A stretch of 64,000 bases of DNA, from positions 64,001-128,000 of the forward strand of contig CALSPG010000003.1 of the NCBI GenBank assembly GCA_943788175.1. The letters run 5' to 3'. The stretch is from an uncultured bacterium (GTDB lineage: Bacteria; Fidelibacterota; Marinisomatia; Marinisomatales; UBA1611). A model generated the notes under the pieces. That model did no database searches. It saw only the letters and a list, made by a program, of their open reading frames with translations, and had not been told where the DNA came from. Below are positions 1-10,134 of this stretch, in pieces. Made by a program: the position numbers and the translations under genes. The first letter of the stretch is position 1. The number at the start of each line of letters is the position of its first letter.

Positions 1-513
1 CCCGGTTGGGGCGAAATGGATTTTGGATATAAAAAATCATCAAAGTTTTTTATTCAATCTGAAATAATATTATTAACTGGATGTTTTTCTGCATTCAAAA
101 TTTCAAACCTGATAGAAAAGAAATATATAACTTATGCTAATGATCACGCTGGTGCTAGCAGCGCGAGCGATGATAGATATTGGGTTGATATAGGAAATTA
201 TAATACTAATTTAAATTTTGATTCTGAACATCTCCGAATGCGAGACAATAAAGAAGGTCAATGGGGAAATTTTCCATGGGATTGGGATAATAATGATGAT
301 AAGCGCAAAAAATTTGAAAATATGAGAATTGCCAGCGACAAGTATTACCTAGGCGGAAAATTTTTAATCGGGGGTATTATTATGAATCATATTATTTCAA
401 CAATTAATACATTGTACATTTTCAGATTAAATGAAGATAAAAAATTATCATTAAAATCCTCAATTAATTATAATCAGAAAAACCTTCAATATATTGTTAC
501 AATGGAATTTTAA
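1..513 (+). CDS. Hypothetical membrane/exported protein, probably 5'-truncated by the window edge (DUF5683-like)
   Basis: Frame is open from base 1 (PGWGEM...). A PGWG motif followed by hydrophobic segments is typical of DUF5683-like proteins; stop at 513. Confidence 0.5.
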   Translation, partial: PGWGEMDFGYKKSSKFFIQSEIILLTGCFSAFKISNLIEKKYITYANDHAGASSASDDRYWVDIGNYNTNLNFDSEHLRMRDNKEGQWGNFPWDWDNNDDKRKKFENMRIASDKYYLGGKFLIGGIIMNHIISTINTLYIFRLNEDKKLSLKSSINYNQKNLQYIVTMEF

Positions 514-546
514 TAATATTTAATTAAATCACAAAATTTAAAATTT

Positions 547-1281
547 TTGCGAAGATATAAAATTATTATTCAATATGATGGTTCATTTTTTAATGGATGG
601 CAATTGCAGAATGAAAAAAAAACAGTTCAAGGTGAAATTGAGAATGCTCTCAAGGTTATAACAAAATCAAAAAATCGCTTTCCGATTAAAGGGTCTGGGC
701 GTACAGATTCTGGAGTGCATGCTTTAGGGCAAGTAGCACATTTTGATATTGATACTAGATTAACTGATTTAGAATTAAAAAATGCAATTAATTTTTACAC
801 ATCAAAACATTGTAAAATTATGTCTTTGTGTAAAATATCTAGTGATTTTAATTCAAGGCATGATGCTTTAAAAAGGACCTATATATATCAGCTATACCTG
901 GGGTCATCAATATTATATAATAATCAGGCATGGCTAGTAGACAATATTGATTTAATAGTTTTAAAGCAGTTGTCTAAATTTATAATTGGGGAACATGATT
1001 TTTTATCATTTTCAAAATTTGATCCATTAAAAAAACATACGTTATCAATTATCTATGCTTCGGACTGGATAAAAAATGGAGATTTATTGACGTACTCTAT
1101 ATCAGCTAATAGATTTTTACATCATATGATTAGGTATATTGTTGGTACGATGGTAGAAGTGTCACGAAAAAATTTTTCAGAAGATCAATTCAAATCACTA
1201 TTGCAAACACCGAGAAAAAATGTACAAATTCATAAAGCGCCAGCGTGCGGACTTCAATTATTAAAAGTAGAATATGTATAA
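547..1281 (+). CDS. truA: tRNA pseudouridine(38-40) synthase TruA
   Basis: YDGSFFNGWQ, GSGRTDSGVHALGQ (catalytic Asp), FLHHMIRYIVG, APACGL motifs; TTG start. Confidence 0.96.
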   Translation: MRRYKIIIQYDGSFFNGWQLQNEKKTVQGEIENALKVITKSKNRFPIKGSGRTDSGVHALGQVAHFDIDTRLTDLELKNAINFYTSKHCKIMSLCKISSDFNSRHDALKRTYIYQLYLGSSILYNNQAWLVDNIDLIVLKQLSKFIIGEHDFLSFSKFDPLKKHTLSIIYASDWIKNGDLLTYSISANRFLHHMIRYIVGTMVEVSRKNFSEDQFKSLLQTPRKNVQIHKAPACGLQLLKVEYV

Positions 1282-2359
1282 AAACACAAAAATAATCACT
1301 GTTGGTCTATTTTTTATAGTTTCTTCTGCATTAACCCAGCAGTCAATAAATGAATCAAGAAAAACAGCAATAACTAAAGCCATTGAAGTAGTGGGGCCTG
1401 CGGTTGCTTGCATAAATGTAGAACAAAATGTTAGCGCTTATTCTTCACCCGATCCCTTCTTTCGTTATTTTTTTCCACCTGAAATTTATCCAATGAAAAG
1501 TTCTGGTAGTGGAGTAGTGATTAGTCCCGATGGTTATGTACTAACTAACACCCATGTTGTGGAAAAAGCATCTAAAATCACGGTCACGTTATCAGGAGGT
1601 GATGAGTATAATGCAGAAGTGGTTGGTATCGATAAAACCTCAGACTTAGCCTTACTGCTTTTAGATGGATCAGATTTCCCATTTGTAGTACTAGGAGATT
1701 CTGATGACTTGATTGTGGGGGAATGGGTAATTGCTCTTGGTAATCCTTTTGAGTTGTTCAGTATTAGTAATCAACCCACTGCAAGCATAGGTATAATTAG
1801 TGCAAATCATATGGACTTTGGTATTCAAAAAGAATCAGGCCGCGTTTTACAAAACATGATCCAAACTGATGCTGCAATTAACCCTGGAAATTCTGGTGGG
1901 CCATTAGTTAATGCTAATGGCGAAGTAATTGGAATAAATACATTTATTTTTACAGGCTCAAATCAAAATAGGGGCTCGATTGGTATTGGTTTTGCAATCC
2001 CAATAAATGCTGCAAAGAGAATAGCAAAAGAATTAAAAATATCAGGGAGTATAGATCGTAGCTTTACAACAGGTTTAGTTGTTCAGCCAATTACAAGGAG
2101 TATGATTAGACATTTAAACATTCCTTTTCGTGATGGTGTAATAGTGGTCCATGTAGATAAAAATAGTCCTGCTCAAAAAGCGGGTATCTCAATTGGGGAT
2201 ATTATTGTCACGACTGCAAACAAAAAGGTAAATTCACCTTCGGATATTAGAGATATTATTACCGAAAAAGATTTAAGGTCTGGTGATAGAATTGCATTTA
2301 AAATATATCGTGATGGTGTATATTTAAATATTAAACTTAGGTTAGGAACATATAAATGA
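1274..2359 (+). CDS. HtrA/DegP-family trypsin-like serine protease with one PDZ domain
   Basis: Signal peptide; GSGVVI, TNTHVV (His), SDLALL (Asp), IQTDAAINPGNSGG (Ser); C-terminal PDZ (SPAQKAGISIGD). Confidence 0.93.
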   Translation: MYKNTKIITVGLFFIVSSALTQQSINESRKTAITKAIEVVGPAVACINVEQNVSAYSSPDPFFRYFFPPEIYPMKSSGSGVVISPDGYVLTNTHVVEKASKITVTLSGGDEYNAEVVGIDKTSDLALLLLDGSDFPFVVLGDSDDLIVGEWVIALGNPFELFSISNQPTASIGIISANHMDFGIQKESGRVLQNMIQTDAAINPGNSGGPLVNANGEVIGINTFIFTGSNQNRGSIGIGFAIPINAAKRIAKELKISGSIDRSFTTGLVVQPITRSMIRHLNIPFRDGVIVVHVDKNSPAQKAGISIGDIIVTTANKKVNSPSDIRDIITEKDLRSGDRIAFKIYRDGVYLNIKLRLGTYK

Positions 2360-3000
2360 GATTAGCTTCTGAAGGCAATATAATAGTTTATCCTTTAATT
2401 GTTATTTTTGGAATCACTTCTGCTTTTAATTATTTAACTGAATTTGACATCCTTTTTGTTCAAATAACAATTTTTGTAGTATTACTTTTTTGTCTAAATT
2501 TTTTTAGAGATCCATCAAGAGTTATACCAAAAAATAAAAATAAAATAATATCGCCTGCAGATGGCAAAATAATCAAAATTAAAGAATTTGAAGATCCTAA
2601 AAGTGGAAAGAAATTAAAACTTATTTCTATCTTTCTAAGCGTTTTTAATGTTCATGCCAATAGAATGCCTGTTGATGGTAAATTTATTAATGTTAAATAC
2701 GTTAAGGGAGATTTTTTAGCTGCTTTTGATCATAGAGCCTCCGATAAAAATGAAAGAATGGAAATTTCGATAGATACTGAATTTGGGATTATTGTAGTTA
2801 AGCAAATTGCAGGCTTAGTTGCTAGAAGAATATTGTGTTATGCAAAAGAAGGTAAAAAAATGTTAGCAGGTGATAGACTGGGGTTTATTAGATTTGGCTC
2901 AAGAACCGATATCATTCTTCCTCATAACATTAATTTAAATATTGAGCTAAATCAGAAAGTATATGGAGGAGAGACAATTTTAGGCACCTATGAAAGTTAA
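2356..3000 (+). CDS. psd: Phosphatidylserine decarboxylase proenzyme
   Basis: FFRDP, SPADG, FLSVFNVH, QIAGLVARR and FGSRTD self-cleavage motif; adjacent to pssA. Confidence 0.93.
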   Translation: MRLASEGNIIVYPLIVIFGITSAFNYLTEFDILFVQITIFVVLLFCLNFFRDPSRVIPKNKNKIISPADGKIIKIKEFEDPKSGKKLKLISIFLSVFNVHANRMPVDGKFINVKYVKGDFLAAFDHRASDKNERMEISIDTEFGIIVVKQIAGLVARRILCYAKEGKKMLAGDRLGFIRFGSRTDIILPHNINLNIELNQKVYGGETILGTYES

Positions 3001-3715
3001 AATTTCGAAAAAAAGATTTTTCCCTAACACCCTTACTATATTAAATATGTTTTTGGGTTTTTCATCTATATTACTTATAATGAACGGGAAATACATAGAG
3101 GCAGGTTTTTTAATATTGCTTGCTGGGCTAATGGATATTTTTGATGGAAAAATTGCAAGGTTATTAGGAATTTCTTCAAAGTTTGGTGTTGAGTTTGATT
3201 CGTTAGCTGATGTCGTATCATTCTGTGTCGCACCTTCAGTTTTAGTATATAATATTTACTGTAGTGAATTAAATACAATAGTTGGTTCTATTTTTAGCTT
3301 CATTCCTCTAGTCGCAGGCACTGTTAGATTAGCAAAGTATAATTTAGTAAGTGATGAAGATAACCCTAAAAGTTATTTTATTGGATTATCTACACCAATA
3401 TCCACCGTAACTATTCTAGCGTTTATGTATTTTAATAACAAAATTGTTGGAGGTGGCTTTTATGGCGATCCAAGACTAGGCCTGTCGCTAGTTGGCGTTT
3501 TGGGATTATTAATGCTTAGTCCAATTCATTTTCCAAAAGCACCATTAATTACTTTTAAATCTAGTCATTCTAATTCATTATTATTAATAATTTTGATAGT
3601 CTCATCATTTTCTTTAATTATTTGGAAGGGTTTTGCGCTCTTACCTATATGCATGGGTTACATCATAACTAATACCGTTTTATGGGCATATAGACTTAGA
3701 ACAACCAATCTTTAA
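2990..3715 (+). CDS. pssA: CDP-diacylglycerol--serine O-phosphatidyltransferase
   Basis: PNTLT start, CDP-alcohol phosphotransferase motif DIFDGKIAR...GVEFDSLAD, RLAKYN; follows psd. Confidence 0.9.
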   Translation: MKVKISKKRFFPNTLTILNMFLGFSSILLIMNGKYIEAGFLILLAGLMDIFDGKIARLLGISSKFGVEFDSLADVVSFCVAPSVLVYNIYCSELNTIVGSIFSFIPLVAGTVRLAKYNLVSDEDNPKSYFIGLSTPISTVTILAFMYFNNKIVGGGFYGDPRLGLSLVGVLGLLMLSPIHFPKAPLITFKSSHSNSLLLIILIVSSFSLIIWKGFALLPICMGYIITNTVLWAYRLRTTNL

Positions 3716-3758
3716 GTATTCTTAATATGATACGATATTAAAATGAAAAAAGTAGATA

Positions 3759-4046
3759 GTGCAAAAACGTAAAGTTAACATAATAGTCATTTCACTTTTT
3801 ATAGGTGCGATTTTTGGAAGCGTTTTTGGCAACGTATTTTCTCTCATGCTTCCTGAAAGTGTGGTGAAAGATTTTTTTCTTACTTCAATAAATTTTGATT
3901 TGGGTGGATTAGTTGGTAATGATTTAGGAGTGATTGTTATAGATTTAAATGTTATTGTTCTGAAATTTGGGTTATCTATGAGTTTTAATTTTACTAGTGT
4001 AATTGGTATAACAATTGCTTACTATATATTGAGATACCTTCGATAA
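3759..4046 (+). CDS. Small membrane protein (DUF4321-like)
   Basis: 95 aa, two hydrophobic ends, IDLNVIVLKFGLSMSFN pattern; GTG start. Confidence 0.6.
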   Translation: MQKRKVNIIVISLFIGAIFGSVFGNVFSLMLPESVVKDFFLTSINFDLGGLVGNDLGVIVIDLNVIVLKFGLSMSFNFTSVIGITIAYYILRYLR

Positions 4047-4063
4047 ATTAATATGGGGATTCT

Positions 4064-4294
4064 ATGATGTCATCACAATTTCAATTAGCATTTTTTAATT
4101 TAGGGCCATGGGAAATTTTATTGGTTCTTGTTGTCGTGCTCGTTTTATTTGGAGCAAAAAGGTTGCCTGAGCTTGCTAGAGGGTTAGGACTAGGAATTAA
4201 TGAGTTCAGAGAGGCTGTAGACTCTAGTAAAAAAGAAATAATGGATGTTATTGAATCTGAAGATAAAAATAAGAGCAGCGACTCGGAAGAGTAG
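4064..4294 (+). CDS. tatA: Twin-arginine translocase subunit TatA/E
   Basis: LGPWEILLVLVVVLVLFGAKRLPELARGLG. Confidence 0.92.
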   Translation: MMSSQFQLAFFNLGPWEILLVLVVVLVLFGAKRLPELARGLGLGINEFREAVDSSKKEIMDVIESEDKNKSSDSEE

Positions 4295-4402
4295 CCTCTA
4301 TTATAATTATTTAATTTTTTTAAATATTATCTTTTAAACATTATTTTTGAACAATACCTACGTTGGTACGTTTATTTTTTAGATAATTAAATAAAAATAA
4401 TC

Positions 4403-5371
4403 TTGAATTTTCAAAACCCTTTATTTCTACTTTTTTTATTATTAGTTCCCCTTATAGTGTATTATTACAAGTACTATAGTAATAAATTTGAGGGAACAGT
4501 TTTATTCTCTTCTGAGCATTTTTTTACGAGCAATGTTAAAACTAATGGAGAGTATAAGAATAAAATTCTAAAAATAATTGAAGTTACGATTTTAGCACTG
4601 ATTATAGTAGCCATTGCAAGACCTCAAAAAATTGATGAATTAGTTAAGTCTAAGGTTGAAATCATTGACATCTTACTTGTTCTAGATATCTCAAGTAGTA
4701 TGTTAGCAGATGACTTCTCTCCAAATCGCTTAGAGGTAGTTAAAAAAACAGCTAAAGAATTCATCGAATCAAGAGAAGGTGATAGGTTGGGTATATTGGT
4801 TTTCGCTGGTCAATCATTCATTCAATGTCCACTTACAACTGATATAAATGTTCTATCCAAGCTAGTTGATGAAATTAGTGTTGCTAGTAAAGATTATGAC
4901 GGCACAGCCATAGGAATGGCAATTGCTAATGCTACAAATAGGCTAAGAGATAGTCAATCTAAAAGTAAACTAATGATTCTGTTATCAGATGGAAGTAATA
5001 ATAGTGGTGAAATAGACCCCACTACAGCATCAAATTTAGCAAGTGAGTTCGGGATAAAAATTTATACGATTGCCGCAGGGACCGATAACTCTGTTTCTCG
5101 CATACCGGGTAGAGGATTAATTCGAAATGAAATAGATATAGAAACATTAAAAATGATTTCAAAAGAAACAGGTGGTAAGTTTTTTAGAGCCACTGATAAA
5201 GAAGCCTTATCAGCAATATATGATGAAATAAGTATTTTAGAGAGATCTGAGATCGAAATAAAAAGTTTTACAACATATTATGAGCTATTCAGATGGTTCT
5301 TAGTACCTGCATTAATATTGTCTTTTTTCTATTTATTTTTAAAAAGATATTTTTTCAAGGTTGCGACTTAA
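4403..5371 (+). CDS. batA: BatA VWA-domain membrane protein
   Basis: MNFQNPLFL N-terminus, ARPQ, MIDAS DISSS, PLTTD, GTAIGMAI, LSDG; first gene of a bat-like operon. Confidence 0.88.
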   Translation: MNFQNPLFLLFLLLVPLIVYYYKYYSNKFEGTVLFSSEHFFTSNVKTNGEYKNKILKIIEVTILALIIVAIARPQKIDELVKSKVEIIDILLVLDISSSMLADDFSPNRLEVVKKTAKEFIESREGDRLGILVFAGQSFIQCPLTTDINVLSKLVDEISVASKDYDGTAIGMAIANATNRLRDSQSKSKLMILLSDGSNNSGEIDPTTASNLASEFGIKIYTIAAGTDNSVSRIPGRGLIRNEIDIETLKMISKETGGKFFRATDKEALSAIYDEISILERSEIEIKSFTTYYELFRWFLVPALILSFFYLFLKRYFFKVAT

Positions 5372-6363
5372 TGAATTTTAGTAATCCTTGGCTTTTTTTA
5401 CTTCTGATTCCGTTACTTGTTCAATTTATTTTAGAATTATACCCGAATTTTAAAAAAGATATTTTCCCTTACGCTAAGCAAAACATAAAAGACATTAATT
5501 ACAAAAATATTAACTTTAGAAACCAAAAAACAGTTAGGTATTTAATTTTATTTGGAATTTTTTGTCTAATATTATCTACAGCAGGTCCTCAATTTGGAGC
5601 TAAAGTGAAAAAAGTTGAAAGGCAAGGTGTTGATTTAGTTATCGCATTTGATACATCCATAAGTATGAATGCATCAGACGTTAAGCCGTCGAGGATAGAA
5701 AAAGCGAAATATGAAATTGGTAAACTAATTCAAAAATTAAAAGGAGATAGAGTTTCGATAATAGTTTTTGCAGGAACTAGTCATTTATATCTTCCTCTTA
5801 CAACAGATTATGAGGCTGCATTATTGTTTTTATCTGCAATTGATACGGAAATGATTCCAAATCAGGGTACCTCTATTAGCTCTGCTATGGAATTATCCAT
5901 TACTACAGTTAAAAAAGATCAAAATAATTATAAAGTTATGCTTCTAGTAACTGATGGTGAAGACCATGAAGGTAACGCAATAAATTTGGCAAAAAAAGCT
6001 TATGAAGCAGGGGTTGAAATTCATACAATAGGGGTTGGCTCTAAAATTGGTAGTTTGATACCAATAAAACAAAAACAGAGCGATGACATTGAATACAAAA
6101 GGGATAAAAATGGTAAGCTTATAAATTCAATTCTTAATATAAAAATGCTTGAAGATATCGCACTAGCTGGAGGTGGTCGTTTTTTTCACTTTTCAAACGA
6201 AGGGGATAATTATTCGGATTTAAATAATGTTATCGATGCAATGGAGAAGAGGCAAATTAATTCGCATGAATATTCTCAATTTGAAGAGCGTTTTCAACCT
6301 TTGGCATTTATTTCGTTTTTGTTCTTTTTTATGGCATTCTTATTACCAACAAGGAAACTGTAA
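5371..6363 (+). CDS. batB: BatB VWA-domain membrane protein
   Basis: ATG at 5371 overlaps the batA stop; MNFSNPW, GPQFG, MIDAS DTSIS, LPLTTDY, TDGEDHEG, EERFQ. Confidence 0.88.
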   Translation: MNFSNPWLFLLLIPLLVQFILELYPNFKKDIFPYAKQNIKDINYKNINFRNQKTVRYLILFGIFCLILSTAGPQFGAKVKKVERQGVDLVIAFDTSISMNASDVKPSRIEKAKYEIGKLIQKLKGDRVSIIVFAGTSHLYLPLTTDYEAALLFLSAIDTEMIPNQGTSISSAMELSITTVKKDQNNYKVMLLVTDGEDHEGNAINLAKKAYEAGVEIHTIGVGSKIGSLIPIKQKQSDDIEYKRDKNGKLINSILNIKMLEDIALAGGGRFFHFSNEGDNYSDLNNVIDAMEKRQINSHEYSQFEERFQPLAFISFLFFFMAFLLPTRKL

Positions 6364-6373
6364 GTTTATCAAA

Positions 6374-7243
6374 ATGTCTAGATTAACTATTTATGTTTTA
6401 TCCTTTCTTTTTTCTTTTTCTTTTGCACAAGATAAAGGAATAGAGCTTTTTAATGATAAAAAATACAGTGAAGCAATTGAATATTATAAAAAAGTACTCA
6501 AAAAGAGAAAAGGTGATGCCGCTGCTGAATTGGGATTGGGTTCAAGCGCTTATTACAATGATAACATCGACCTTGCCTTGAAAAGCTTTGAAGACGCTTC
6601 TAAATCAGATAACGATATCATTCAATCCAAAGCTTTATATAATATTGCTCGAATTTTGCAGGATAAAGATGAAATAAGTAAGAGTTTGAAATTATATAAA
6701 AAAGCTTTAGAGTTAAATCCAAGTGATGTTGATACAAAAATCAATTATGAAATATTAAAAAAAATGAAAAACGAAGAACAGCAAGAGAATCAAGACCAAG
6801 AGGGTAGCCAAGAACAGCAAGAGAATCAAGACCAAGAGGGTAGCCAAGAACAGCAAGAGAATCAAGACCAAGAGGGTAGCCAAGAACAGCAAGAGAATCA
6901 AGACCAAGAGGGTAGCCAAGAACAGCAAGAGAATCAAGACCAAGAGGGTAGCCAAGAACAGCAAGAGAATCAAGACCAAGAGGGTAGCCAAGAACAGCAA
7001 GAGAATCAAGACCAAGAGGGTAGCCAAGAACAGCAAGAGAATCAAGACCAAGAGGGTAGCCAAGAGCAGCAAGAGAATCAAGACCAAGAGGGTAGCAGTA
7101 GTGCTGATAATATTGAAAAAGAAAAATCTGACCAGATGATTCAAGCAGAGGCGATTTTAAATGCTCTTAAAGGTCAAGAAGAGATTAATCAAAAACAAAA
7201 AATTTTAAAATCAAAGATATTAAGATATGAAAAAGATTGGTAA
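6374..7243 (+). CDS. batC: BatC TPR protein with Gln/Glu-rich repeat linker
   Basis: Signal peptide from ATG 6374, TPRs (YKKALELNPSD...NYE), Q/E-rich linker, C-terminal AEAILNAL...EKDW. Confidence 0.85.
   Translation: MSRLTIYVLSFLFSFSFAQDKGIELFNDKKYSEAIEYYKKVLKKRKGDAAAELGLGSSAYYNDNIDLALKSFEDASKSDNDIIQSKALYNIARILQDKDEISKSLKLYKKALELNPSDVDTKINYEILKKMKNEEQQENQDQEGSQEQQENQDQEGSQEQQENQDQEGSQEQQENQDQEGSQEQQENQDQEGSQEQQENQDQEGSQEQQENQDQEGSQEQQENQDQEGSQEQQENQDQEGSSSADNIEKEKSDQMIQAEAILNALKGQEEINQKQKILKSKILRYEKDW
6776..7096 (+). repeat. 36-bp coding tandem repeat (GAACAGCAAGAGAATCAAGACCAAGAGGGTAGCCAA), 8 identical copies plus a 33-bp ninth
   Basis: Read directly; encodes EQQENQDQEGSQ; the ninth copy has one synonymous change (GAA to GAG). 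Confidence 0.97.
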
Positions 7244-7247
7244 TAAG

Positions 7248-8955
7248 ATGATAAAAATTTGTTTTATATTAATTTTTAAATCGTCTTTTATATTTGGTTT
7301 TCAGGCTAAAGCAATTGTTGATAAGAATAATGTTACTCTTGACGATGTTATAAATTTTAAAATTGAATTAGAAAGTACAATTTCGTTTGGAGATCTCAAT
7401 GCCAGTAGTATCTTTAAAGATTTTGATATAATTAGTGGCCCGAGTCAGCAAACCACTATGCAGTGGATTAATGGTCGAATGACCAATTCAAAAATCATGT
7501 CTTGGATGATTTCTCCAAAAAAAGTAGGCAGGTTAATAATACCTTCTTTAAATATATCGATTGGAGGTGACAAAAATATCCACAAATAAAATTATAATCC
7601 TGGTGGAAAAATCTAAATTAAGTAAGAAAGACTTAGACGTTTTTATTTCAGCAGAATTAAATAAAGATAAAGTGTATCTGGGAGAGCAAATTATACTGAC
7701 TTATAAAATATACAGGAAAGTGGAGTGTTCAATTGAGCCATTTGAAATTCCGAAATTTGCAGGGTTTTGGGCTGAAGAAATTTTTAGGCCAAATCAGATC
7801 AAGTTTAAAAATATTTCTCTTAACGGAGTTAACTATCAGGAGGGTACTTTATATAAGGTAGCATTATTTCCTATTTCAGGTAAAGAGCATGTTTTACAAC
7901 CTTTATCTGTAAAAGTGAAAAAACAAAAAAATAAAAAAAGAAACAATAGAGACCCATTTTTCAATCCTTTTTTTGACTCTTTTTTTACAGAAACCGAAAC
8001 GAAAATATTAAAGACCCAGGAGAATAAAGTGGCTATTAAAAAATATCCGGGTCTAAGGCCTAGTGGGTTTACTGGTGGAGTTGGGAGTTTTAAAATTTTC
8101 ACTGAAACTGACGTTGATTCGACTATCGTAAATGAAGCCATAACATTTAAAATATCAATTAATGGAACTGGTAATATGGGTTTGTTTACTCTACCTGAAA
8201 TTAAATTTTCTGACGAAATCGATCAATTTTCACCCAAGGAGCGATTTGAGAAAAATGTATTTAGAGATGAATTTTCTGGTAAAATGACATGGGAATACAT
8301 CTTGGTTCCTAGGCTACCAGGGAAATTAACTATCCCTCCAATAGCACTTACTTATTTTAATCCTAAACTTGAAAAATGGCAAAGGTTGACATCAAAACCA
8401 CAGTCTGTTTTTGTTAAAAAACTAAGTAAGAACTATTTAGTAAATAATGGACTTACCAAGAGAGATATTGAAGTGATTGGCAAAGATATTAAATACATCC
8501 ACATGGGTAACGTTCAGTTCTCTCCAATAATTCCGCATTCCTTTTCTTATGCCTTTTATATCTACATATTAAGTGTCTTGATTTTAATTTCACCTTTATT
8601 AGCTAAATATGTAATTGGTTATAATCTAGATAGATTGCCTGGAAAAATAAAAAATAGTGCATTGAAAAAAGCTATTAGATCTATTGAAAATTATTCTTAT
8701 GATGATTCTTTTGATAATTCAAAAATTATTTATGTTTTTTTAAAAGATAGATTTCAACTTTCCAATGCTAACCTTGATACTATGTCTATCAGCGACCTCC
8801 TTAAAGATTTTATACCTAAAGAACTATTAAACGAGCTTATTGAAGTAGTAAAAATTTGCGATAGAATGTCTTATGGGTTTGCATCGATTGACGATAAGAA
8901 AATAGTAAGCCAAAATATTTCTAAAATACTTAAAAAAATTGATGAAACATGTTAA
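7248..8955 (+). CDS. batD: BatD-family protein, split by a single-base frameshift near 7572-7576
   Basis: ORFs 7248-7589 and 7561-8955 join into one ~568-aa protein (...SIGGDKISTNKIIIL...) if one A is removed from the A5 run; VYLGEQ, GFWAEE, GGVGSF, GTGN, YFNP motifs; lies between batC and batE. Confidence 0.8.
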
Positions 8956-9698
8956 TAATTAAAACTTTTATATACATCACAATTATCTCAATCGTTACAG
9001 CAAATAACGAATTTGGAATATTTGAAGCTGCAAATTCACATTATAATGAAGGTAATTATGGTGATTCAATTGAGCTTTATGAAAAGATTATTTTGGATGG
9101 TCTTCATAGTAGTGATCTATATTATAATCTCGGAAATGCCTATTATAGACAAGGGTTTGTTGGGCAATCTATTTGGGCATATAACAAAGCAATCTTGCTT
9201 AATCCAAGATTGGGTGATGCAAAGTATAATTTAGAAATAGCAATGGCATCTATGAAAGACCGAATAGTATTACCATCGGAGTTTTTACCTGTTCAAACAT
9301 ATATAAGCATTAAATCAAATTATACTTTTAATGAATGGCTTCTTATTGGAAGTTTAGTTGTTCTATTCACAGTTTGTTTTTTTGTGGCATCAAAATTTTT
9401 TATATTAAGTAATGGAATTGTGCAAAAATCTCTTTTCATGCTTGTTATTTTAATCACCGTATTACATTTGATTTTAATTGACTTATTTTTTGAACAAAAT
9501 ACACAGCAACCTGGAATTATTATTTCAAATGAGGTTAATGCATATTCCGGTCCTTTTGTTGGGGAAAACACAATGCTTTTTACTATTAATGAAGGTACCA
9601 GAGCAAAAATTTATCAAAGGCAAGGAGATTGGATTGAAATAGCTATTATTAATGGCGATAAAGCTTGGGTTCCTTCAAATACTCTTCGAAAACTATGA
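8949..9698 (+). CDS. batE: BatE TPR + SH3-domain protein
   Basis: ANSHYNEGNY, LYYNLGNAYYR TPRs, two TM helices, C-terminal SH3-like LFTINEG...WIEI...AWVP. Confidence 0.85.
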   Translation: MLIIKTFIYITIISIVTANNEFGIFEAANSHYNEGNYGDSIELYEKIILDGLHSSDLYYNLGNAYYRQGFVGQSIWAYNKAILLNPRLGDAKYNLEIAMASMKDRIVLPSEFLPVQTYISIKSNYTFNEWLLIGSLVVLFTVCFFVASKFFILSNGIVQKSLFMLVILITVLHLILIDLFFEQNTQQPGIIISNEVNAYSGPFVGENTMLFTINEGTRAKIYQRQGDWIEIAIINGDKAWVPSNTLRKL

Positions 9699-10129
9699 TA
9701 AAAAAAAATATACTAATTATTTTTCTTCATATTTATGCTTTTCCTCAATCAGGTGACTCTTTATTTTGGTTTAATCAAAATGATTTACATGAAAAATTAC
9801 CCGAGTTTCCATTAATTATTAATAGAGTGTTAACTGGGTATCATATCCCCTTAATTGACTCTATGAATAACATAAAAATTGGAACATTCGAAGTTTATCG
9901 AATTCAAATTTTTGAGTCCTCAATTGCTTCAATTGCTAGAGCAGAAGCAAAAAGGTTTCAAAATATTTTGGGCGATACAGTTTATATAGATTTTGAAACC
10001 CCTCTTTATAAACTTCGAATTGGAAACTATACGGTTAGAAAAAATGCTGAAAAAGCAATTAAATCTATGTCTAGATTGGGTGTAAAAGATTCATGGATTA
10101 TAAGAACAAAAACAACCATTGAGGACTGA
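9695..10129 (+). CDS. SPOR-domain (peptidoglycan-binding) protein
   Basis: YRIQIF...VYIDFETPLYKLRIGNY...DSWII; ATG 9695 overlaps the batE stop. Confidence 0.75.
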   Translation: MIKKNILIIFLHIYAFPQSGDSLFWFNQNDLHEKLPEFPLIINRVLTGYHIPLIDSMNNIKIGTFEVYRIQIFESSIASIARAEAKRFQNILGDTVYIDFETPLYKLRIGNYTVRKNAEKAIKSMSRLGVKDSWIIRTKTTIED

Positions 10130-10134
10130 AAATA

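Noticed and set aside
4288-4320. Terminator after tatA
   Set aside because: Only a 4-bp stem (AGAG/CTCT); too weak to call.
6776-7096. 36-bp repeat as a CRISPR array
   Set aside because: Units are directly adjacent with no spacers, lie in frame within batC, and no cas genes are present.
6755-7144. Minus-strand ORF with hydrophobic LATLLVLILLLF repeats
   Set aside because: Antisense shadow of the batC repeat; no independent evidence of a gene.
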